A DNA stretch of 63,843 nucleotides, filler included, from Deltaproteobacteria bacterium (GTDB taxonomy: Bacteria; JAEEML01): NCBI GenBank assembly GCA_016283195.1. It is 4 parts of 4 records of this genome, joined end to end, with 100 filler letters (N's around TTAATTAATTAA, not from the genome) between each part and the next. Parts side by side here need not be neighbours in the genome. Positions count along the whole stretch, not along the records: positions 1 to 28,215 come from JAEEML010000055.1; 3 more parts are not named here. One strand, written 5' to 3'. Below are positions 1-8,916 of this stretch, piece after piece. Under the pieces are notes generated by a model. That model made no database searches. It saw only the letters and a list, made by a program, of their open reading frames with translations, and was not told where the DNA came from. A program made the translations under genes and the position numbers. Each line of letters begins with the position of its first letter. Within the stretch, counting starts at the first letter, position 1.

Positions 1-327
1 CCCTGCACCGCTCAGGGAAAGTGTAAAGCCGGACTTACCTGTATTGAGCAAATATGCCAAAAAGAGTGCACTCTCGATGAGGATTGCGGCGACCCGGCGC
101 TAATCTGCGACAAAAAAATCTGCGCCGATAAGCCGGATACCCCAATCGGGCCCAGCGGCCGCGAAGAGGCCAAAATGGGCCCGGGCGGCCTTTTGACTCC
201 CGTCTCCGGCCTGGTAACAGGCAGCCGCTTTAAAGTGCGCGTCATGGGCGGCGCCGTACAGGGACAAATAGCTAACGAGCAAAATAGCGCGCGTATTGAT
301 AGCGGCGCTTGGAAAAAAGAGGAGTAA
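1..327 (+). CDS. 3' part of a Cys-rich hypothetical protein (5'-truncated by window edge)
   Basis: Frame +1 is open from base 1 to TAA at 325-327: PCTAQGKCKAGLTCIEQICQKECTLDEDCGDPALICDKKIC...WKKEE*. It ends 3 nt before the next ATG, whose RBS (GAGGAG) lies inside it. Not in the ORF track. Confidence 0.75.
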   Translation, partial: PCTAQGKCKAGLTCIEQICQKECTLDEDCGDPALICDKKICADKPDTPIGPSGREEAKMGPGGLLTPVSGLVTGSRFKVRVMGGAVQGQIANEQNSARIDSGAWKKEE

Positions 328-330
328 AAA

Positions 331-2145
331 ATGAAAACGCAGCAAATGTTATTAACTTCGCTGGCTCTTATTCTGCTTGGCGCCATACCGGCAAGAGCCG
401 CTTCCGTGCCCATGACTTTCACTCATCACGGCATTATCTGGGACGGCGATGAGCTTTTAAACGACTCCCATGTCGATTTTGAAGCCCGCCTCTTGGATGT
501 CTCGCAGGATACGCCGGAAATTATTGCCTCTTTCCGCGATTATATCGAAGTACAAGATGGCTATTATGCCATTACCATTAAAGATATCGATAAAGAGAAA
601 TTCCTGGCGGCTTCCGGCCACTTGGAGCTGCAAATCATCATCAGCGGCGAAGCGCTCACTCCCAATTTGCCGGTGAGCTCCGTGCCTTTTGCTCTCGTAG
701 CCAATGAGGCCGACCATGCCCTTTCAGCTGATGCCGCGAGCGAGCTCACTTGCGAGGGCTGCATCAGAACAGAGCACCTCTCTGAAAACATCCAAAACGT
801 GGTTAATAGTGCCGACAGCACTGGCGCCATAAATAATATTGCCAATAATGCCGTAGGTGATGCTGAGATTAATTTTAACTATGCCGCATCAAATGCCAAA
901 GGCGGCCCGGCCACCAGTGCCGACAAATTAAATACTAATGCCGGTAGCTCCGCACAACCTGTATTTTTTGAAGGTGGTGTTCCTAAGCCTGTTACCATGG
1001 CCAATTTGAGTGTCGGTTCAGCCAATAGCGCCACACAATTAACTTCTTCAAATGGCTCTGAATCAACACCTGTTTATTTTAAAGATGGTAAACCGGTGGC
1101 TGTCACCGGCATTGATACTACTTTACTTGCCAGTGATATACGTGACGCCGCTACCAGATCTATTTTGGTATCAAGATCCAGGGGTGGCAGTAGCGATCCG
1201 CAATATCGTAAATTCGGTAATTTTAAAAATAGCGGTTCACAATTTAGCATATTAGCCGGCGTTGTTTTGCAATATGTATCAAGAGATCAAAATAATCATA
1301 ATACCTCCGGAACAATCCACATCAAATTCCGTGATGAACAAGTATATGGCAATGTAATTATCGATTCGCAATCAGGTGGTGGCAGTTATACCAATAAGCC
1401 AAAATTTCTCGTTGAACGTATTGCCGACGGTGATTTTAATCTTTGGGTAGATCTTCAATTATATTCTTTGGCTACTATTTCGGCCACCAATCTTGGTGGT
1501 TACATCTTCACCGCTAAAAATGATTCCAGCACTTCACAGCCTTCCGGAGCAATTGTGCTTGATATGCAATATGAAATTGGCCGTTCAACACCGGGAGCCG
1601 TGGGTTCAGATACCACTCCCGTTTATGTCGATCAAAATGGAGAAGTGAAACCTGTCAATAGTATTAATACAAATCTACTAAGTGATATTACGTTTGACAA
1701 ACTTGAACAAGTCCCAAGAATGGTTCTGTCATATAACTATGTTTCCAGCCCGGCTCTCTGGGGCCAAATTACCTATAGCAGCACTAACGGAGCAAAACTT
1801 CTACACTCAGCCGGGTGGGGGAATACTTTAACGGTAACTAGAGTTGACGCAGGGCATTACCAAGTTAGCGGTTTTACCTTCACAAGCGCCAATAATCTTA
1901 TGGTTATCACCAATCTTAAAACACCATATGATAAAGGTGGTGTTCCGTGTATTGTACGCGCATCCGCTAATCAAACAATAATCAATTTTTACACACGGAC
2001 ACTGGCTATAGAAAATGGTGCTCTTAAATACACCAACGCTGATTGTATAACCAGTACTAACAATGCCATCGTTCCTATAGACTTTGTTGTTTTTGATAAG
2101 GATAGGGAAGAACAAGTAAAACCCATTCTCGGCGATGTACTTTAA
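331..2145 (+). CDS. Secreted protein with tail-fibre-like repeats
   Basis: 604 aa. Signal peptide (..GAIPARA/ASVP), SVPFALVA motif, and three GS-x2-3-PV(Y/F)-type repeats. Confidence 0.75.
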   Translation: MKTQQMLLTSLALILLGAIPARAASVPMTFTHHGIIWDGDELLNDSHVDFEARLLDVSQDTPEIIASFRDYIEVQDGYYAITIKDIDKEKFLAASGHLELQIIISGEALTPNLPVSSVPFALVANEADHALSADAASELTCEGCIRTEHLSENIQNVVNSADSTGAINNIANNAVGDAEINFNYAASNAKGGPATSADKLNTNAGSSAQPVFFEGGVPKPVTMANLSVGSANSATQLTSSNGSESTPVYFKDGKPVAVTGIDTTLLASDIRDAATRSILVSRSRGGSSDPQYRKFGNFKNSGSQFSILAGVVLQYVSRDQNNHNTSGTIHIKFRDEQVYGNVIIDSQSGGGSYTNKPKFLVERIADGDFNLWVDLQLYSLATISATNLGGYIFTAKNDSSTSQPSGAIVLDMQYEIGRSTPGAVGSDTTPVYVDQNGEVKPVNSINTNLLSDITFDKLEQVPRMVLSYNYVSSPALWGQITYSSTNGAKLLHSAGWGNTLTVTRVDAGHYQVSGFTFTSANNLMVITNLKTPYDKGGVPCIVRASANQTIINFYTRTLAIENGALKYTNADCITSTNNAIVPIDFVVFDKDREEQVKPILGDVL

Positions 2146-2265
2146 CTAAAAGCCTTTGAAGCTCCGGCCTGCTGATTCCAGTTTGTTTTGACCACCTAAA
2201 ATTTAGAAAATATTGGCACCTTTTCCTGTTTTCGTAAGTTGCTTATGTCTTGTCATTTTGCGAGG

Positions 2266-2347
2266 CCCGTCGCCATTTGTAAAATGGAGAGAGCACGCTA
2301 CTATAATTTTCGCTACTCGTTTGGGTGCTGGAACAGGGAAACAGAGC
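2266..2347 (-). repeat. Degenerate REP/MITE-like palindromic element (copy 1)
   Basis: The minus strand reads ctctctccattttacaaatggcgacggg, matching 53761-53792 cctctccccatttttacaaatgcggcgagggg. It also carries ctctgtttccct, shared with ~34097. Confidence 0.45.
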
Positions 2348-2380
2348 TAGAAAGTGGCCTGTGGCGTGGGAGCTGCCAAC

Positions 2381-4966
2381 CTATTCATCATCAGGCAACA
2401 TATATGGCGCTTGTTCATTGCCACTCCCGCCGGCGCCATCTTCTTCATAAGGCTCATCATCGGCATAAATATCGCCGGTGCCGGCTGAGGCATATTCGGT
2501 GGGCACGGTGCCGGGCAAAAAGACTTCATCTATCCAGCGCTCGTTGCCGGCCACCGCCAGCTTGCCGCTTTCCGGGTCAATTTGGGCGGTTTCGATAGTT
2601 TCCGGGCGCACAAAAGTACTGGCCGGAATTTTGGGCAAAAGCGGCTTCATATATTCAATCCAAATGGGGAGCGGCACACTGCTGCCGCTCGCGCGCCCCA
2701 GTGTTTTATTATCATCATAGCCCACATAGATAACCGTAGCGAGATCCGGAATAAAGCCGCCAAACCAGACACTGCGCGAACCATTGGTGGTACCGGTTTT
2801 GCCGGCTATCTCGCGTTCCAATACCTTGGCGGCCCGCGCTGTGCCCTCTTCCACTACGCTCTGCATCATCGAAGTGATGATATAGGCCACTTCCGGCTCC
2901 AAAGCCGGCTCCAGCTCCACTTCTTCTTCAAAGAGCACTTTGCTCTCTTTATCTGTCACTTTGCGCACAAAAATGGGCTTGGGGCGGTTGCCCTGCGCGG
3001 CAATGGTGGAATAGGCGGTCACCAGCTCCAGAGGAGCAATCTCACCGGTACCGAGAGAAATAGTGAGATTTTCAGGAAGTTTTGAAGTAATACCCATAAG
3101 TTCGGCTGTCTCGATGACCTTTTCCGGCCCCACCTGCTCCACGAGTTTAACCGAGCAGATATTCTTTGATTTGGCAAGAGCCACCCGATAGCGAATATCG
3201 CCGTCGTATTTGCCATCTTCAAAATTCTCCGGGCGCCAGTCTTTGCCGGTGTATTTATCACGAAAGACCACCGGCGTATCGGGGCAAAGAGTGGCCGGAG
3301 TAATGAGGCGCTCTCTTAAAGCTGCCGTATAAACAATGGGTTTAAAGGTAGATCCGGGCTGGCGCTTGGCCTGAGTGGCCCGGTTAAAGCCGCTACCGCT
3401 AGCCGCATAGCCACCGACCATGGCTTTTACCCAGCCGCGCTGCGGCTCCATGGAAATGAGCGCTCCGTTGGCTTTGGGCCGGGGCACCAGTTCCAGTTCC
3501 AAGATTTCCACCTCTTTCAGCGCTTTGGCAGTAGTTGGCACCAAAGAGTCTTTTAAATTAAAAGCTTCCGGCTTTTCTTTGCGAAATTCATGCTTTAATA
3601 CTTTTACCTGCACCACATCGCCTTGCGAGAGAATCTGGCCGATACTTTTAGCGCCGTTTTTGGCCCATTCGAGCCCCTTCATGGCAATGGTGCCGGTGGC
3701 GCCGCCTAAATCAACCAAAGCTTTATTGGCTTTGGCATCAACAGTAGTAATAAGAGCGGCATAAGTGCTACCAACTCTCAGCGGTCTTAGGCCCATTTTG
3801 GCCCAAATATTGGCCGGCACAGCCACATCGGCAGCCGTAAGTTCGCTTAAATCCCACACCGGCTTATTAAGGCGCTCCGGCGGCGGTAAATAAAAGGTTT
3901 TCCAGCGGATGAGATGATTATTATAAACCTGATGCAAATTAGCCAGGCCTTTTTCATATTGATCTACTTCAATACGCCAGAGCGGGCCGGAAAAACCACG
4001 AGTTTTGGTAAATTTTTCCAAGCCCCCGCGAAAAGCGGCATCGGCCGAGCGCTGATATTCGCTATCCATCACCGTATAAATTTTTAAGCCGCCTTCATAA
4101 AGGGCTTCGGCCCCCAACTTGCTTTCTACCAGGCGGCGCGCCGTTTCCACATAATAAGCGCCGGGCACTTCTTCTTTAAAAGTGGGATAATTGCCCTCTG
4201 CTAAAAGCCCCTTGTGGCTTATCTTGGCCGCCCCCGCCTCTTCGGCTTCTTTAGCGGTAATAAAGCCGTTGGCAGCCATCTGCCCTAGCACCCATTTATG
4301 GCGCTTATCGGTAGCTTCGGCATCGGATAAAACATTATAGCGCGAAGGATGTTTGGGGATAGAAGCGAGAAGAGCCGCCTCTTTAATGGTTAAATCTTTG
4401 GCTTGGCAGTTAAAATAAAGGCGGCTGGCCTCTTCAATGCCGTAAGCGCCGTTGCCAAAATAAATCTGGTTTAAATAAAGGTGCAAAATATCATCTTTTT
4501 CCAGCATATCTTCCAGCCGTTTGGAGAGAATGGCTTCGCGGATTTTACGGCGCATGGAGCGCTCCGGACCCACCACCATGGTTTTAACCGTCTGCTGGGT
4601 GATGGTGGAAGCGCCCTGGTGGGAACCAAGCATATTTTTGATAAAAGCTCTGATAATGGCCGTATAATTAAGGCCTTCGTGCTCATAAAATTTGGCATCC
4701 TCAGCGGCCAAAAAGGCTTTAATAACATGGGGCGGCAATTCGCGGATATCAATAGCTGTGCGCCGCTCTGTGGCAAAAACAGCCATGATTTCGCCATCTT
4801 GGCTATAAACATAACTAGCCTCTTTGGGGTGATAATCGGCCAGTGTCTTCATCTCCGGCAAGTCATGGGCATAGTAAATAACAATGCCTAAAACTACCAG
4901 TAGCCCAAGGATACCGAGGGCCAAAACAGTAAAAATGCCACGTTTTAAAATGCGTTTAATTTTCAT
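2381..4966 (-). CDS. mrcA: Penicillin-binding protein 1A (class A PBP)
   Basis: N-terminal TM; transglycosylase motifs AAEDAKF, GASTITQQ, RKIRE, YLNQIYFG; transpeptidase motifs STFK, SKN, KTG. Confidence 0.93.
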   Translation of the reverse strand: MKIKRILKRGIFTVLALGILGLLVVLGIVIYYAHDLPEMKTLADYHPKEASYVYSQDGEIMAVFATERRTAIDIRELPPHVIKAFLAAEDAKFYEHEGLNYTAIIRAFIKNMLGSHQGASTITQQTVKTMVVGPERSMRRKIREAILSKRLEDMLEKDDILHLYLNQIYFGNGAYGIEEASRLYFNCQAKDLTIKEAALLASIPKHPSRYNVLSDAEATDKRHKWVLGQMAANGFITAKEAEEAGAAKISHKGLLAEGNYPTFKEEVPGAYYVETARRLVESKLGAEALYEGGLKIYTVMDSEYQRSADAAFRGGLEKFTKTRGFSGPLWRIEVDQYEKGLANLHQVYNNHLIRWKTFYLPPPERLNKPVWDLSELTAADVAVPANIWAKMGLRPLRVGSTYAALITTVDAKANKALVDLGGATGTIAMKGLEWAKNGAKSIGQILSQGDVVQVKVLKHEFRKEKPEAFNLKDSLVPTTAKALKEVEILELELVPRPKANGALISMEPQRGWVKAMVGGYAASGSGFNRATQAKRQPGSTFKPIVYTAALRERLITPATLCPDTPVVFRDKYTGKDWRPENFEDGKYDGDIRYRVALAKSKNICSVKLVEQVGPEKVIETAELMGITSKLPENLTISLGTGEIAPLELVTAYSTIAAQGNRPKPIFVRKVTDKESKVLFEEEVELEPALEPEVAYIITSMMQSVVEEGTARAAKVLEREIAGKTGTTNGSRSVWFGGFIPDLATVIYVGYDDNKTLGRASGSSVPLPIWIEYMKPLLPKIPASTFVRPETIETAQIDPESGKLAVAGNERWIDEVFLPGTVPTEYASAGTGDIYADDEPYEEDGAGGSGNEQAPYMLPDDE

Positions 4967-4984
4967 TATCTATCCAAAATATAA

Positions 4985-5380
4985 TTAACCGAAGAACCAA
5001 AAGCGCTTCTTCTTTTTGGGGGCTTCTTCTTTTTGCTTATCGCGCTCTTCCACTAACTGAGCTATTTTTTCCACTACTTCGGGGTTATATTCTCCCTTAA
5101 ACTGCGCTGCCCCATACTGAGTAAACTTATTGGGCTTAGCTTTTATTTTATCGCGCGACTCCAGCCATTCAAAGCCAAAAAAGCCAAACTGGCTAAAGAT
5201 GCGGGCAATGCGCGTGGTGAGCGAACCGGTAGTATATTCAAAAGGCTTTAGGAAGGGAGTGCCGGCGCGGGAAACGGCTTCATGAATGAGCTCGGAACTT
5301 CCACGCTGGTAATTTTTGCGCAGTTTGATCTCGTCTCTGTCTTTAAGTTCGTTTACTTTGGGAGAGAGCGGATCCTGCAT
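4985..5380 (-). CDS. Hypothetical protein
   Basis: 131-aa ORF tightly packed in the same-strand run with mrcA; no recognised motif. Confidence 0.6.
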   Translation of the reverse strand: MQDPLSPKVNELKDRDEIKLRKNYQRGSSELIHEAVSRAGTPFLKPFEYTTGSLTTRIARIFSQFGFFGFEWLESRDKIKAKPNKFTQYGAAQFKGEYNPEVVEKIAQLVEERDKQKEEAPKKKKRFWFFG

Positions 5381-5411
5381 AATGACCCCATGCGCTTATA
5401 ACGCTTAAAGG

Positions 5412-6581
5412 CTACTTTTTGGCCGCCTGTTTATTAAGAGCCCGTTCCAGCTGAATAGCCATCTCTTTAGCCCGCTTGGGCTCTTTGCCGCTGGCAGCAA
5501 AAAGAGATCTCTTTTTATCAAAAATAATGCCAAAATCAGCCACTAGGGGTTTCACCGTGGTGATGAAACGCTCGGCCGGCTCGCATTGTAAATCAATAAA
5601 TTCAGCCATATACTGATTAACAACTTTAGCAATAGCCGCCGGCAATTCTTCCATGGTTTTAACGCCGCTAAAGGCCACAACGGAATCGACCCATTTACCG
5701 GAAGCCATAGTGCCCGGGCAGAAATTGGTCAAAGTATCAGTCATAAGCTGATATTTTAGCTCTTCCGGCAAGCCACTCCTGGCTTCTTGATACTCTTTGA
5801 GCCAGGCCAGATAAGCAGCATCGGTGCGCGGCAAGGCATTGACAAAGGGCCCCAGCCAAGCCGGGCTAAAGTGCGAAGAAATTACAAAGAATTTCTCAGC
5901 AGATGAGATCTCCGCTTCACTGTAACCGGCTTTTTCAAATATTTCGCGGATTTCAAAAGAGAGGCCGCGCACCGCAGCCAAGACAAAAGATGAAGAGGGC
6001 ATATGCTGCGACTGAGCTACCATGCGCCAGAAAAGCTGCTCTTTTTTGGCAATACGAGCGCGGGGAAATGTAGCTTTAATCATAGCCCTGGCCGTCTCGG
6101 CCTGTTCGCTATCGCTATAAGCAATATTGGTATGGCAACAAAGCATCTTTTGCCCGGGGTTCAAAAAGAGCTCCCCGATATGGTGATAAATTTTGCCGTT
6201 ATTTTCCCCCTCGCGCACATCGCGAAGCGGCGGAATAAGCTCGGCATCTTCCGGCATGGGCACGATTTTAATGGAATCAGCCAAAAGCTGAGCTAAAGCC
6301 CGCAAAGGATCTTTGGTATCACGCAGTGTGTAAAAGAAAAGGTCGTGCACATTGCCGGTATTAGCCGGATTGCGCCCCCTCTCACCTAAACGCAGCACGT
6401 GGTTAAGCACAATATCTGCCTGTTTTTGGTTTAAGAGGCCCTCTTTAACCACCGCTTCGAGTTCCTTAGCAAAGCGCTTTGTCGGCTCCTGATGTTCGGG
6501 CTTTAAAGAGAGGATTCTTGCGTTGACATCTGCCCCGGCGGGCTTTTCTTCTTTGACCATGCTTTTTGTTTTTTTCACCAT
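5412..6581 (-). CDS. Hypothetical protein
   Basis: 389-aa ORF; no recognised motif. Confidence 0.7.
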   Translation of the reverse strand: MVKKTKSMVKEEKPAGADVNARILSLKPEHQEPTKRFAKELEAVVKEGLLNQKQADIVLNHVLRLGERGRNPANTGNVHDLFFYTLRDTKDPLRALAQLLADSIKIVPMPEDAELIPPLRDVREGENNGKIYHHIGELFLNPGQKMLCCHTNIAYSDSEQAETARAMIKATFPRARIAKKEQLFWRMVAQSQHMPSSSFVLAAVRGLSFEIREIFEKAGYSEAEISSAEKFFVISSHFSPAWLGPFVNALPRTDAAYLAWLKEYQEARSGLPEELKYQLMTDTLTNFCPGTMASGKWVDSVVAFSGVKTMEELPAAIAKVVNQYMAEFIDLQCEPAERFITTVKPLVADFGIIFDKKRSLFAASGKEPKRAKEMAIQLERALNKQAAKK

Positions 6582-6730
6582 ATGGCAACCCCATGAAAAA
6601 CAAACCGGGGGTATTATGCCACAACAATTTTAATTTGTAAAAAAGAGATGCTATTTTTATTCCGGTTGACTCTTTTAACAAAATGTCTAAAGTTCGCGGG
6701 AAGCCTTTTGGGGCTTTTACGGAGTCTTAG

Positions 6731-7684
6731 ATGGAACAACTCTCTTTTTCTAGCGAAAGCGCGGCCTTTTCGGCTCTGGCCGAGAGAATATCCCTACCGG
6801 TCTGCGCCAAACAGATTGAAACCCTGGTCTGCCATTTGGGCAGCATGACCAATCCCACCTTAACCGATGCCGTAAGAAGCAGTAACATAATGGACATTTC
6901 TATTATGATGCAGGCGGTTAAGCTCCTGGAATGTTACCCTATTCATAAAGCTCTCCTCATTGGAGAAAATGTTATTTTCAATTCTTTTTTTCACAGCATG
7001 CTCGATATGCTTTCCAAGAGAAATATAGATATTTCCCTCTATACCGAGCTGCCCATTTTAAAAGCCGCCGGCTATACCGATATCCCGGCCATGCTGGCCT
7101 CCTATAAAGTGCATGTGGTAGCCAGACTTCCGGCGCTTGATGAGCACGACACCGCCGGTTGGGGCGGCACCGAAGCCATGAAGCGCTCAATTGCCGCTTT
7201 GCAGCATTTAAACTCCTTAGGCTACGGCCTGGAGCCCGATCTCTCCATCACTTTGGTCTATTTTTACCCCAAGGAGACGGAAAACCCGCAAAAATATAAG
7301 CCGGAAGAGATAGCTTCCTGGGTGGAAGAGCGCCTGGCGGCTACGGTAAATAAAGTAAAAGTATTAAATACCCGCCCCGGCCTGGGCATGGGCGAACCCA
7401 GTGATGAAGCGGCCTATTTGGCCAAATTGTCGCGTTTTTACCATGCCCTAAACGAGGAAAATCTGGAAAAACTGCCCTGCCGCCACTCCCTCTGCCTCAC
7501 CTGGAACGGCATTTTTTACGATTGTGAAACCAACGCCATTTTGGAGCGCGGCCTTTCAGGCTCCGTACCGCGCCACATTCTCTCTTATGATGAAGTGCTG
7601 AATAAAAGAGAAATAAATTTAAGCGCCCATTGTCTCGCTTGCCTGGCCGGCAATGGTTCTTCTATTCTCGAAGAGCAGAATTAA
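6731..7684 (+). CDS. Divergent ArsS-like / DUF3641-domain protein lacking the radical-SAM CxxxCxxC motif
   Basis: C-terminal LPCRHSLCLTWNGIFYDC...HCLACLAGNGSS and central SIAALQHLNSLGYG match the ArsS/DUF3641 pattern. The N-terminal region has no CxxxCxxC. Confidence 0.65.
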   Translation: MEQLSFSSESAAFSALAERISLPVCAKQIETLVCHLGSMTNPTLTDAVRSSNIMDISIMMQAVKLLECYPIHKALLIGENVIFNSFFHSMLDMLSKRNIDISLYTELPILKAAGYTDIPAMLASYKVHVVARLPALDEHDTAGWGGTEAMKRSIAALQHLNSLGYGLEPDLSITLVYFYPKETENPQKYKPEEIASWVEERLAATVNKVKVLNTRPGLGMGEPSDEAAYLAKLSRFYHALNEENLEKLPCRHSLCLTWNGIFYDCETNAILERGLSGSVPRHILSYDEVLNKREINLSAHCLACLAGNGSSILEEQN

Positions 7685-7798
7685 AAGCTGTAACTGCCAC
7701 CTTTTTTTGCCTCCTCCATTCCTAGGCTCCCGGCCTAAAATTTGTCACTTTAAAAAAGTGGTTTTAACATAAGCCCCAGCCTACCTACGGAGGGAAAG

Positions 7799-8905
7799 AT
7801 GGTGGACACTAAAACTCATAATAAGCAAGTTTCCTTGAATGAATTCGGGCCTTTTTCCGCTGATGAGCTCAGTGTGCGCAAAGAGGTCAGCAAATTTCTC
7901 TTTAAAATGTGGGAAAACGAAAAATCACTCACTGCCGAGAGTTTTTCGCCTGAGGAACAGGCTAAATTGCCGCTTAACATAGTTCTCCTAGAATATAATC
8001 ACCTGGTGCGCACGCATGGGCTGATGAGCTTTTTAACTTCTTTAGGCCTCCCCGATCAGCTGTGGCAAGCCGGCTACTGTTTGTGGCTCAAAGCCGATAC
8101 CGCTATTCGCGCTTATATCGGTGCCAAAGAGGAACTGGCCGCCGAACTCGGGCAACATTCCGGCGGGAATAAACTCAGCGGCTATATGGTGGATATTTTG
8201 GTAAATATGAAAAATATTCATAAAGAGCTCATGGCCTTGCACGTTTTGCCGGAAGAGAGCGATTTTATTGATATTATGCGCTCTTTCAAAGAATTTTGCG
8301 AACCGGATATTTTGGCGCTTTTAATCGACCAGGAGCTGGCAATAGAGCATTACGGCGCTTTGCGCAAAGAACTCGTAGCGGCTTTAAAAGATAACGGCGC
8401 CGAGCTTTCCGCCGAGCAGGTTGAGCTCATTGACGAACTCATTCTTTCGCAAAAAGCCTTGGAAGCAAGCGGTCTTTCTATCAATAAAAGCCGCGATATC
8501 GGCGAGCTGGTGAGCCATTTAAAGAGTTCCTCACCGCTTATATCCGGCTTAAAAAGTCACCTTTTACTGGCCCATAATATTGATGAAATCGAGCTAAAAA
8601 GCTCTGATTTAGTGGAAGAAAAAAGCAAAAATATTTCCAGAGTTTCTTACTCTTTTCTAAACTTTGTCGAAGAGAGGAAAGAGCACAAAGTGGCCGGCGG
8701 CCCCCTGCGCATGATTGCCGCCATTGCCATCTTTGGCCTTTTGAGCCTTGGCGTCGGCTTGGCCATCAGCAACCATGGCGATAATACTTCCTTTAAACTC
8801 TCTACAGCCGCCGGTGTGGCTCAGCAAGAAGAAATGCCGGACTTTTCTGTGGAAATAGATTTAAATAATCTCAAAGTATTAGCTTATAGCGAAGAAGAAG
8901 AATAA
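7799..8905 (+). CDS. Hypothetical protein with one C-proximal transmembrane helix
   Basis: 368 aa, RBS GGAGGG, hydrophobic stretch MIAAIAIFGLLSLGVGLAI. Confidence 0.7.
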   Translation: MVDTKTHNKQVSLNEFGPFSADELSVRKEVSKFLFKMWENEKSLTAESFSPEEQAKLPLNIVLLEYNHLVRTHGLMSFLTSLGLPDQLWQAGYCLWLKADTAIRAYIGAKEELAAELGQHSGGNKLSGYMVDILVNMKNIHKELMALHVLPEESDFIDIMRSFKEFCEPDILALLIDQELAIEHYGALRKELVAALKDNGAELSAEQVELIDELILSQKALEASGLSINKSRDIGELVSHLKSSSPLISGLKSHLLLAHNIDEIELKSSDLVEEKSKNISRVSYSFLNFVEERKEHKVAGGPLRMIAAIAIFGLLSLGVGLAISNHGDNTSFKLSTAAGVAQQEEMPDFSVEIDLNNLKVLAYSEEEE

Positions 8906-8916
8906 AGTTCAGCTTA

